Below the pieces are notes generated by a model. It saw only the letters and a list, made by a program, of their open reading frames with translations. It did no database searches and was not told the DNA's origin. Source: Chrysochromulina tobinii (Eukaryota). Taken from it: a stretch of 44,869 nucleotides of DNA. Position 1 is the stretch's first letter. Every line of letters starts with the position of its first letter. The translations under genes and the position numbers were made by a program. The DNA is taken from contig JWZX01002565.1 in NCBI GenBank assembly GCA_001275005.1, forward strand, positions 1 to 44,869, in the 5' to 3' direction. Positions 29,280 to 40,600 of this stretch are shown piece after piece.

Positions 29280-32078
29280 ATGAGCAAGGACGGGCCGACG
29301 CGTGCGCATCTCACGGTGAAGAACGCCATGAACGTACGTGGTTACATGGAGCCTCCTGTAAAGGAACCAGACAAGTTGGCGTCAACACGAACGTCGTCGC
29401 TACCTGGTCCCTACACACCCATCCCGTTGGGCCATCTACGGTCGCCAACGCCATCGACGGGGTCATTACGACGGTTGCCATCGCCGGCGCCATTCAGAGC
29501 TGCACGCACAGGATCTGCTTTGGAACACTTTTCGCTCTCAGTTCAGCACCTCTGCCTTGCAGTGAAAACGGCCGTGTGCGGGCCTGCGAATCCAAAAGAC
29601 GCCATGGAGGAGGAGGACGAAGAAGATGAGGCGGCCCTAAACGCACGTGCAGCGGGAGTCTTCCTGCCGACGGACAAGTGGAAAGAGACGTGGGACCTTC
29701 TCGTGCTGAGCATGATCATCTACTCGGCGATCTCGGTGCCGTACAGGATCTGCTTCGACGCGCCCGCGACCGGGATGTTCGGATCCTTGGAACAGGCCGT
29801 GTCTTTCCTCTTCTTCGTCGACGTCATCTTCAACTTCAACACGGCGTACGTCGAGGGAGAAAAGTGGGTGATTGACCGCCCAGCCATCGCCGTGCGGTAC
29901 CTTCAGGGATGGTTTTGGATCGACTTTCCATCCTGCATACCCGTCAGCCTGCTCGACTCGCTCATGTCGGGCGATCAGGGGAACTTTGGCATGCTTCGCT
30001 TCTTGCGCCTCTTTCGGCTTCTCCGGCTGCTCAAGCTGCTGCGGCTCGCGACCATCGTCGCTGAGCTCGAGGACCGCTTCGACCTCAACCTTTGCTTCTT
30101 GCGGATCATGCAGATGCTCCTCGCCCTCATCTTCCTCGCGCACATCTTGGCGTGCTTCTGGTTCTACATGGCGGCGGTCGTTGGCATTGATCCCGAGATC
30201 GTCACATGGGTCAGCGCGTACCGCGATGGGTATCTGATGGAGGAGCCGCCGTCGGTACAGTACCTCGCCTCCATGTATTGGGCATTGACCACACTCACCA
30301 CGGTCGGCTACGGCGACATCGTCGCCACGAACGACGCCGAGCGCGGCTACGCCGTGTTTGCATTGCTCATGGGCGCGCTTGTCTTCGGCTACATGATCTC
30401 GTCGATCGCGTCGCTCGTCAAGGCGCTCGATCGGCAAGGCGGTCTCACGGAAGAGCGGATGGACGAGATCAAGGAGTACATGCGCTGGCGCAAGCTGCCT
30501 CGCGAGCTCACTGTCCGAATGCGCAGGTACTATGAGAACTACTACGACACGTGCACCGCCTTTGACGAGAAAGCCATCCTCGGCAATCTCACGCCGTCGA
30601 TGCGAATGGAGGTGGTCAGGCACGTCTTCAAGGATACTCTCGGCAAGCTCCCGCTGTTCGCCAATAAGCTGGATCGCAAGTTGCAGGTCGCGATCTTCTC
30701 GCTGTTCAGGCCGGTGGCGGTGATGGCCAAAGAGGTCATTTTCAGCCGCGGCGATATGCCGCTCAGCATGTACATTCTTCTCAAGGGAGGTGTCGAGGCG
30801 GTGAAGACCATGGACTCGAGCCACTTGTACCGCGTCAGGCTGCGCCAATTTTTCGGCACCGCCGTGCTCACTGGACGGCGCCATGACTCGACGCACCGCT
30901 CGATCACGAAATGCGACCTGTTCTCCATCGCCGCGGAGGACCTCCGCGACCTCTTCAATAAGTTCCCCCTCGAGGGCAGTGTGTTCTTCGAGGCCCTCCT
31001 GCGCATCCACAGGAAGACGCAAAAGGTGCGCGGCGCGTTGCTTCGCATGTTCATCTCTCAGATGTTGGACACCAGCGATGGCAAGCCGATCAATGTGCAC
31101 TATTTGAAGGACTTCTACGTGATGAAATTGCAGCTTTGTTGGGAGAAGATGCGCGAAGCCATCGTCTACGCGCACATGCCTACCTGCAGTGTAGGCGACA
31201 ACGCGGCCGCTCTTGTAAAGAAGACGCTCAATCAAATTGTGGCGCCGCCGCTCGACAATGCATTGCAGGCGACGCATGGGTTAACGCATGGGCATGGGCA
31301 CGGTGATTGGCTGGCGATGATCGGGGCATTGCGGACGCAAGACCCCTCGGGGCGCAGCCCGAAGCTCCTCGCGCGAGAGGAATCTACCTCACCGCAAGGC
31401 ACAGACGCGCCTGGCTTTACTCTTGATGGTTCGTCTTCGCCATGCCGGCGATGGAAAGATTCCATCTCGATGCCGTCGGTGGAGGCCCCAGCGCAGCCCA
31501 TGCCGATGGAGCACCAGGCTGGCGTGCATGCGAGCAATCATGCATGCATGCATGCCACCCCAGCGCACCAGGCTGGCTTGCATGCGAGCGTCGAGGATCT
31601 GCACCGGGACATGAAGACGCTGATACACCAGGTAGCTGGTCTGACTGCGAAACTCAACTTTGTCGCACGACCGTTGTCGGCCTCGCCGTTGCCTGGAACC
31701 AAGGGCCCTACGGCGGCGCACGAGCTCGGCAATCTCGCCTTCGCGCTGGACGATGCGGACCGCGTGCTCGAGCACCTTCAATCCCCCGGCCTTGCTACGA
31801 GCGCAGCTGCTGCCGGCGCCATCGCCGGTACGGCTGCGGACACCATTGCCGGTCAGAAGTCTCCTACCCCGCACGAGCTGGACACAGGGGGGAGGATACT
31901 TCTGACAAAGGGGGGAGGCAATCCTACCCCGCATGAGCTGGACAAACTCCGTGTTGCGGCCAGACAGCAGCCGTTGATGCCCTCGCTGCATTCACCAAGG
32001 ACCGCCTCGCCGCGGCAGTTCATGGCGCAATACGCAGTCAGTAAACTGGCGGGCTCCAGCTCGGCCTCTGGATCTTGA
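29280..32078 (+). CDS. Voltage-gated K+ channel, CNBD/KCNH-like (start uncertain)
   Basis: S1-S6 helices, S4 LRFLRLFRLLRLLKLLRL, selectivity filter TTVGYGD, C-linker and cyclic-nucleotide-binding homology domain. Single long ORF. Confidence 0.92.
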   Translation: MSKDGPTRAHLTVKNAMNVRGYMEPPVKEPDKLASTRTSSLPGPYTPIPLGHLRSPTPSTGSLRRLPSPAPFRAARTGSALEHFSLSVQHLCLAVKTAVCGPANPKDAMEEEDEEDEAALNARAAGVFLPTDKWKETWDLLVLSMIIYSAISVPYRICFDAPATGMFGSLEQAVSFLFFVDVIFNFNTAYVEGEKWVIDRPAIAVRYLQGWFWIDFPSCIPVSLLDSLMSGDQGNFGMLRFLRLFRLLRLLKLLRLATIVAELEDRFDLNLCFLRIMQMLLALIFLAHILACFWFYMAAVVGIDPEIVTWVSAYRDGYLMEEPPSVQYLASMYWALTTLTTVGYGDIVATNDAERGYAVFALLMGALVFGYMISSIASLVKALDRQGGLTEERMDEIKEYMRWRKLPRELTVRMRRYYENYYDTCTAFDEKAILGNLTPSMRMEVVRHVFKDTLGKLPLFANKLDRKLQVAIFSLFRPVAVMAKEVIFSRGDMPLSMYILLKGGVEAVKTMDSSHLYRVRLRQFFGTAVLTGRRHDSTHRSITKCDLFSIAAEDLRDLFNKFPLEGSVFFEALLRIHRKTQKVRGALLRMFISQMLDTSDGKPINVHYLKDFYVMKLQLCWEKMREAIVYAHMPTCSVGDNAAALVKKTLNQIVAPPLDNALQATHGLTHGHGHGDWLAMIGALRTQDPSGRSPKLLAREESTSPQGTDAPGFTLDGSSSPCRRWKDSISMPSVEAPAQPMPMEHQAGVHASNHACMHATPAHQAGLHASVEDLHRDMKTLIHQVAGLTAKLNFVARPLSASPLPGTKGPTAAHELGNLAFALDDADRVLEHLQSPGLATSAAAAGAIAGTAADTIAGQKSPTPHELDTGGRILLTKGGGNPTPHELDKLRVAARQQPLMPSLHSPRTASPRQFMAQYAVSKLAGSSSASGS

Positions 32079-32434
32079 AGGATCGCGAAGCTGGAGATCG
32101 CATACATTCGAACAATGGGGAGCTGGGTGCACCGGCGAAATGGACATGGACACTGGCGACATGCCGTGCGGCATTGAGAAGGAGCAGTGACGGAGCCATC
32201 GGAGTGAGAGGTAGTGTTGTGAATTTCCCGTTGGGCCCAGCACTCTGGCGTGGGCATTACGATGCTACCGTTGACTGGCGCCAACTTGCATGTGGAGATT
32301 ATTGTAACGTCTCGTGAGTCTGCAGTACTACTGCTCATAGTAGTACTACTAATCTCTAGTTATACTCTGTACTACCTGCTATGTACATAGTGGGACGCTG
32401 TCGCCATGGCTGTCGCACACGCTTATTGAAGTCT

Positions 32435-35400
32435 TCACACGGCGACGCGGCTTGGCTTCATCTTGGCGGCCACGAGCTTGGAGCGCGAGACCACGCCGCC
32501 ACCCGACGGCGTGTCGAGGTCGCTGCTCGGGCGCGCGTGGCGACGCAGCTTGCCGATGCTGCTCGATATGGCGCGTGGCGTCGCTTGCTCGGCCTCGTCC
32601 GCCTCGATTTCGTCGAAGCTGCCGGGGGTGTACAGCTCATCAAGCACCTGCTGCCTGTGCACCTTACGGTTGAGGAGGTCCGCAAACTGTCGGTTGAAGA
32701 GGATGGAGCTCTGCAGCCGCAGTATGGGCAGGAACGAGAGCAGGAAGAGTGTGCCAAAGATGATGAGCGTCATCATCATGTCCATCACGCGCTGGTAGAA
32801 CTGCGCGTACGCGAGCGCGCGAGCGCGCAGCCCCGTGTTGAGCAAGGCGTGCGAGGTGGTGACGTTGGACACCTTCCGGATCGTCAGCGCGCGCCCGAGT
32901 GCGCGCCCGAGTACAGCGGAGAGGGTGCGCGGCGTCAGGTGGTTGAGGCATGCACTCGTCTTGTTCGCCACGAGCTTCTGCCGCGTGGCTACGGTCACCG
33001 TCACTTCCGCCGTCGCCTCCGCCATCATCTGCCCCGTCACCGCCGCCGTCGCCGCCGATCCCTCAGCTTGGGCTGTCTGCACGAGCGGCTTGGTGGCGAC
33101 GAGCTGAGCGCTCACCACGGCGCGTCGGATCGCTCCCTTCCTCCGAGCGCCGTGATGAGCGCCGCGTGCGTCCTCCTCGACGAGGTCGCGTGGCCTGGTC
33201 GAGACGGCGATGTCGGCGGCATGTACCTTGAGGTGACGCGCTAGTGCAATGCTCATCGCGCCCTCGTCGGTCTTGTCCACCGGCCCAAGGACCCAAATGG
33301 TAAACGTGGCCTGGTACCGATACGTGTCCGCGAGGGCGCCGAGGGCCTGGACGGCACCCGCCTGCATCGCGAGCGCTCCGAAGAGGCTCACCCACACGTT
33401 ACGTTCGGCATGCAGCTGCGCGAGGCCCTCCCATCCGTTATGCTCGAAGACGAGCAGCACGAGCGCGAAGCCAAGGTACGCGGCGACTATGAGGATGGCG
33501 CTGAGCAGCGGCAGGAGGCGCGTGCAGTGCAGCCGAATCATCGTGCGCTCCAAAGCGCGCACTCCGAGACGGAGGCACACGGAGCCGATCAGCACCACGA
33601 GGCACGCACGCCCGAAGAAGAGGCCGTGGTACATGAACCCCGAGAGGCCGCCTCTTGCAGTGCGTGGGATCGGGACCTTGAGCCCGTAGGCGCAAGCGAT
33701 GCCGACGAGCAGCTTGGACGAGAGGTTGCGCAGGATGAGGCGCATCTTGAGCGAGGGTCCCGCCGAGCGCTTGAGTGCGAGCCGCTCCTCGGCCCACGCC
33801 TCCCAGCTTCCCAAAGCGACCGATTTGGGCAGTGCACCCACGCCGTACAGCCACTGCGTCCACTCAATCCACGAAGTGGCGAGAGTCGAACGGGTGAGCG
33901 ACTGGGGGTTGAAGAGCCACGGTGCAAAGATGAGCGCGATGCAGATGGACCACGTGCCCCAGGTCGAGATGAAGCTGACGCCCGGCGCCTTCCAGCACTC
34001 GTACAGCGCGGCCATGAAGGCAATCTCCATCCCGAAATACACGTGCGACGGGCCATACGCGCCATACAGCGTGACCATGGACGAGGGGTTGATGTGGTAG
34101 CCCCGGCCGGTGGCAACGTAGCCGGCGCGCCCGTAGTTGACGGCGTACCCAAAGTTATGCCCCTTGGTCTGCATCGAGAAGGGGTAGAAGAGCATCGAGA
34201 AGGAGAAGAACATGCGCATAATCTCCCGTAGGGCGTGCTTGACGTTTCGCTGCACCGAGTGCTCGAGGAAGAGAGGCACCATCAGGAGCATCCCAAGGTG
34301 GAGGACCTGATGAGGGAGGGTTCGGGTTAGGGTTCGAGCTTGGTTTCGGGATCGGGTTGGGTTGGGGTTAGAGCATCCCGGGTACCATCGCAGTATTGTA
34401 CGTCGACATCGCATAGCGTGCGGTGATGATCTTCGTGGGCTCCTCCCCCACCGTCGAGTCGTCATACAGCCCGTCCGCCGCGCTCGCCTCAGCCCCAATG
34501 TAACCGCCCAGCCCGCTGCCGCCGCCGGCGGCGGACGTGCTTCGGAAGTCGTGGAACGAGATGAACTCGGCCCAGTCGACTTGCAAAAAGTCGCGCGGCG
34601 GCGGCGCGGGCGGCGGCGCAGTACAGTTGTCGACGACGCGTGCGGACGGGCCGGCCTGGTTGAAGTCGTACGTATGCTCCACCACCGTCAGCCCGCCCTC
34701 GAGCTGGCGGCGCATGCGGCCTGCCACAGAAGGCTCTCGTGCCGCCGCGGCCGCCTCGGCACACGCATCGGAGCCCCCGATGGCCGCGTACTCGAAGTGA
34801 TCGTACACGTCCATCCCCATGACTGCGAGCAGCAGCTGGCAGAGCGCGAGCAGGTAGACGGACCACATTGACTGGAGGGTCGTCACGTAGAACCCGACCA
34901 TAGACGCATAGAACGAGAAGAGTCGGAAGATGTCGAAGGCGCGCATCAGGCGTAGGATGTCACGAGAGGCTGAGGTGACCGCGGCACCACAGGAGATCTT
35001 CGACTCGAAGCCGCTGACGGCGATGAAGGACATGTCGCGTCCCTTGCCCACGTGAATGAACTCGGCGTAGTCGATCGTGCCGCCGCGCATCACCACGTTG
35101 AAGCCGCCAAAGATGTCCTCGGACACGTGGAGCGTGCGCGAGGCCTTCGCGACGCCTCCTGACGAAATCGCCCAAAGCTTGTCCCAAACGTCAGGGTGGC
35201 CGTAGTGGAAGCGCACCATGAGCGGCCACGTGAGGAAGCGCTGGACCGTCGTGCCGAAGACGAACTCATTCGAGCCTGAGAAGTGGGCGACTGCGCCCCC
35301 CGAGACGGAGAAGACATGCTCCGGGAAGCCAACGAGGCGCACGTCCCCTGTGAAGAGCTCGAGCAGGTTGCGCATCTTGAGCGACTCGCCCAAATAGTTG

Positions 35401-37637
35401 TCCTGGTTCATGTCGAGGGTCTGCAGGTACTCGCCGTGCGCGAAGATGACGGCGTGATTCTGGTTCTCGGGCTTGCCTTCACCGATGATCGGATTGCCCG
35501 GCAGGCGCACCTTGTACAGCACCAAGTCGCGCTGCGACTCGGGCTCGATCGCGAGCAGCACGGATGAAAAGTGCGGGTTGCGTGCCCCCTCGGCTTCGGG
35601 ATCGTCCACGAAGGCGATGCGCAGGTTGGCGGCGTAGGTGCGCCTCAGCTTGTCGATGGCGTCCGCCTTGTCAACGTCCGCCTGGTTTTGACTCCTGCGC
35701 TGCTTCCCGTAGATCTGGCACGCGACCACATACTCAAATTTGGTCGCGACGAGCCATTCGATCTCCTCCTCGGAGATATCCTCAAGCCGAGCGAGGCAGC
35801 GCAGCCCGTCGCCGTACCGTTGCACGCCGCGCACCGTACGCGAGAGGACCTGGGCGCGGTCCGAGGCCCAGCCGCGAAGGCTCTCAACGAAGTCGGACCC
35901 GAAGGCGCCGCTCCGCAGCCCCGCCTCGCCCATCTCTTGCCGCTCCTTAAAGTTCTCCCACTCGTCGGGAAAGAGCGCCTGGAAGCAGCTCGGGCACACA
36001 CGCTCGGCACTCAAGGGCACTCCGAGGCACTCCGAGGCACTCTGAGGTCATCAGAGGCACTCCGAGGCACTCAAGGGCACTCAGAGGCACTCAGAGGCAC
36101 TCCGAGGTCATCAGATGCACTCAGAGGCACTACGTGGCACGCAGTGGCACTCAGTAGCACTCGGAGGCAATCTGAGGTCATGAGCACTCACCTGCAGCAG
36201 GTCGAGCAGCGTCGCCTCGTCCTCTTTGGTCGCCTCGCCCTTGCCCCCCGCCGCCTTGCAATACAAGTCGGCCTCCGTGTAAATCACCTGCAATCAGGAT
36301 TCCAGAGACCCTCAGAGGTCATCAGAGGTCATCAGAGGTCAAGACCATCAAAGGTCCATCAGGAGACCGTCAGGGCAAGGAGCCATCCTCCATCAGCGGC
36401 TCTCACGCACGTCTTCAGCGTAGTACGGCGTGAACGCGGTGAACGATTTCATCTTCTCGATGGGCGGCGGCTGCGACATGCGCGCGTTGTGCAGCGAGTT
36501 GGAAAAGAAGATGAGCTGCCGCTTGGCCTCATCGTTCACCGGCTCGCCCCCCGGGTTGGGGGTCGTCAGGCAGCGTACGAGCGCCTCAAGCGTCGTCACG
36601 GCATCGTCCTCCTTGAGCGCATTCAGCGCGTTCACGACTGTCTGGGCGTCGGAGAAGAGGTCCAGCCTCACGAGCCTCCGAAGCTCCGAGTAGACCTCAA
36701 CCTCCTCCTGCACGTACTCGTGCGCGTACGAGCCCTTGGCCAAGTCCGCCGCCGCATTGCGCGACAGCTCCCCGCCGCGGAAGACGTCCCCCACAAGCTG
36801 GAGCACCTGATGAGGGACGCAATCAGATGCAATCAGTCGCGAGCAGTCGCACTCAGGTGCCCAAAGCGCGGCGTACCTCGGCAATCAATGGAAGTGCGTC
36901 CGCCATGTCCTGAAAGCGTGCATGGATCGCGCCCGTGTCGGCATCCGATGGCATGCACGAGCTCTCGCGGATCGATTGCGCTTGCTGCTCTGTGAGTCGA
37001 GGCGCCGTGTTGAGCAGGCTCCTCATCGTGCTCGTCGCGCGTGCGTGCCCTATGGCCATCTGCGCCGCGCTGTGCGACCCCTCTGGTTGCGCGCCGCCCT
37101 CCCCCTCGTCATCACCACCACCGCCAAGCTTGGAACTGAATTTGAAGCCAGACGCGCGGCCCACGGCACGAACGCACGAGCTCACCCTAAGCGAGCCGCT
37201 GCCGCCCGTGGCGCCTGTCAGCCGAGTGCGCGTGCGTCGATCGACGCGCGTACACCTTGAAAGGTGTTCCGCAAGGTGCGACATGGATATGGGATGCCCT
37301 TGGAAGAGGGACGCGCGGAAGGCGACACCCGAGCGTGCGTTGCCGCCGGCCGCCGTCGAGGGACGCGACGCACTCGCCGTCGATGAGTGTGCGAGCCTGG
37401 CATCGGCTGCCGGCGTCGGCGGTGGCGGAGTGGCGCTCACCCCCTCCCTCCCCCGTTCCCCTTCCCCCCCCGTCAGCGGTGGCGGAGAGGCGCTCATCTC
37501 GACGTCGACGATGACGGCGGCGGCGGCGGCGTCGGTGTCGGCCGCGGCGGCGTTGGCATTGGCGTTGGCATTGGCGTCGGCGTCGGCGTCGGCATCGGCG
37601 GCGGTGGCGGTGGCGGTGGCGGTGGCGGCGACGGTGG

Positions 37638-37668
<31 letters not shown>

Positions 37669-40600
37669 AGTGTCGGCGGTGTTGGCACCGGCGGCGGCAT
37701 TTTGGTTGGGGACGGCCTCATTGCTCGCGTTGAGCTCGTGCGCGAGATCGCACAGGTAGCTGCATAAGATGGCGAGGGAGGAGCGTAGAGCGAGGAGAGA
37801 TGAGATGACGTTCGGCTCACGCACGAGCGCCTGCTGCGTGAGGGAGGCGAGCTCATGCAGCACGTCTCTGAGCTGCTCGCGGTGCTGCCAGCGCGTCAGA
37901 CCGAGAGCTACGAGCAGCCAGCAGAGCAGATCACACGCCTGGCGCAGTGCGGGGGCCGCCATCGGGAAGCTCATCAGGGAGCCTTTCCACGCCTTCGAAT
38001 CGAAGACGGGCGATGAGATCATGGTGGGGAAGATGAGATACTCCGGCACATTAAAGAATGATTGGGCGCCCTTTCCACAGGCCTGTTCGTGTCCTGTGCC
38101 ACGCAACGATGCGAAGAGCATCTCGTCATGCTCCGCGTGCGTGAGGAGATCGCAACCTCGGAGCGAGATCACAATCTCGTTCCAGCTGCGCGCGAAGAGC
38201 TGCCACTGATGCGAACGCGCCTCGACGCACCAGTCTCGCAGCTGCTCGTGCGCGCCGACGTCGAGCAGCTTGGGCGCCTTCTCGTGGCACAGCAGCCGCT
38301 GCCCGTGCAGTTGCACCGTCTCGTCAAAGCTCGTGAGCAGGCTGGCCCAGCAGCTGATGCGCCCGATCCGGCGGTACTGTGCGAGCACGAGGGTCGAGCA
38401 GATCGACGACATGATCGTGTAGAAGACGTTGGTGTCGAAGAAGAAGACGCAAGTCGGAGTGGCGAGGCGCAGCGCGATGGCCATGAGGCGCACCGCCCCG
38501 TGCAGCGGGTCGGAGGGCGCCCCCCCCCTTCGACTAGAGCTCCCCTCGTCACTAAAGTCAACCTCCCACAGCGCAGTGATCGGGACGACGAGCGGCCGTG
38601 CGAGCCAGTAGTACCCAAAGGTGAGCTTGATGCCGCCGGTGGCCAGCCAAAAGGTGGCGTACGCGATCCACGTCGTCAACGGCACGGTGAGGTGCAGCGC
38701 GGTGCCCAGGAAATGGCGCTGGTTCCGAGCAGCCGCGAGGCGCCCATGCAGCTGGCGCCCCGCTGGCGAGAGGAGCGAGTGCTGCGCGACGAGCTGCACG
38801 AGCACGAGCGCGAGATAGCCCGATGAGACCCATTCGAACACGTAGACTTGGCGTGCGGGGCAGGCGGGGTAGTCCGAGTCCGGAGCGCAGTGGGACACGG
38901 CCGGATGGGGATTGAGCAGCCGTTCGACGAAGTATGAGGTGGGGAGGTCTGCGACGTACAAGAGAGGGATGCATGCATACGCACCGATGACGAGCAGCTG
39001 CGTACGGGCTGAGAGCTCGCTCAGGTGTCGGTTCCCGGGGACGAGCTCGTACAGCTTGATGAGCGCCCTGCAGGTCGCATGCGTCACGAGGGTGGGCGAG
39101 ACGCACCGCCACGCGACCGAATCATAAAAGGCGACGAGCAGCAGGGCATGCCACGCGACTGCATGCGGGATGAGCACACGAGAGAAGACGTAGATGACGC
39201 GGCTCATCGAGACGCGTTCAAAGTGCGTCTTCTTGAACAGCGCGCGCATCTCGCGCACCACGCCGTGCTTTGAGCGGAGGGCGGACGCCATGTTCGTGCG
39301 AAGGGCGTGGTACGCATGCCTCGCATGGGCGCCGATGGCGACCGTGGCGTTCGGGTCGTCCTTGGCGGACGCGTGCTGGGTTCGGAGAAGTTTCTCGAGG
39401 TTCGTACGATCCCAGAAGAACTCGTTGACGTCGTCGTACATGACGCGCTCGTCGATGGGGCGCTCCTTCTTCTTGATGATCTCATCCTCCAGGAAGGCGT
39501 AGATGGGCGTGACCATCGTGTCCAGGTAGTCGTCCGCCGGGTATGGCATCGTGGACGGCTCGACTGGCTGGAGCTCGAACCGATACCGATACCCCTCCGA
39601 GCTCCAGCCAGTACCTCGGGGCATATCTCGGGGCATATCTCCCTCCGAGCTCCTTCCCTCGGCCTCGCGCACGTGGGCTCCGGAGCCCGTTCCGGAGCCG
39701 ATACCGGTCGGCGATCGACACACGGCGATCGGCTGGAGCGTGAGCGCATTCGAGGCGCAGTAGAAGAGGAAGCAGAGGAACTCGGGCAGATGGCGAAGGT
39801 TGGCAGCCTCGCCGTGGATGAGGAGGTACAGGACCACCCGATGCAGCTCACAGGTGCAGACCCACTCCTCTTCCTCCTCGACGGTCATAAACTCCCACGG
39901 GCCCAAGAATGCCCACGTGCGGCTTTGCGCCAGCGAGCCGAAGCTCTCGTGCATCTTCTTGCCCTGGCCCTTGGGCCAGCCGAGCTCGGCGAGTCCCACG
40001 TGGCGCACCCAACGGCCGTAGTTGTGCAGCAGCTGCTCGCGGAAGGTCGAGATCGCGTGCAATCAGAGGCAATCAGCAGAGGCAATCAAGAGGCAATTAA
40101 CGAGACTCCTCGGCTCGTGGAGGGTCGAGACTGCGTGCAATCAGAGGCAATCAGCAGAGGTAATCAAGAGGCAATTAACGAGACTCGCCTGCTCGTGGAG
40201 GGTCGAGACTGCGTGCTGCAGTGCCTTGGACCACGCGAGAGAGCCCTGCCGCCCCATCAGGTTGAGGACGAGCTTGCAGACGTGATCGACTTCGTTGTCC
40301 AGATTCGAGGGTACCGTATGGCCGCGGTGGGTGTGCTCTTTTTGGAAGCCGAAGAGATGCGCGATGCGGGCGGCCACCGGGTAGATGTACGCCCGAAGCG
40401 CCGTCCAGCGCTGCTCCAACGACATTGCAGGCAGTTCGAGGCTGGACGGTTCGGGCAGTTTGGGCAGGGAGGTGGAGGATGCCTGCTCATGGAGTGTGAA
40501 CATGGATGTGAACAGGGAGGATGCCTGCAGGTTCACACTCTTCCAAGGAGCCCTCGAGCCACTCGCACGCAGCGAGTAAGCTCCCCACTCGTCATGCGCG

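Noticed and set aside
29637..31277. Long antisense ORFs (also 22321-23064, 39307-40650, 35571-36995 and many others)
   Set aside because: These are shadow ORFs expected from high GC3 codon bias opposite well-supported genes, with no recognisable domains.
34307..34385. True telomere or chromosome end
   Set aside because: The repeats are short, degenerate and internal to an intron of a continuous gene.
40033..40215. CRISPR-like repeat-spacer pattern
   Set aside because: The intervening segments are copies of each other. This is a tandem duplication forming an intron.
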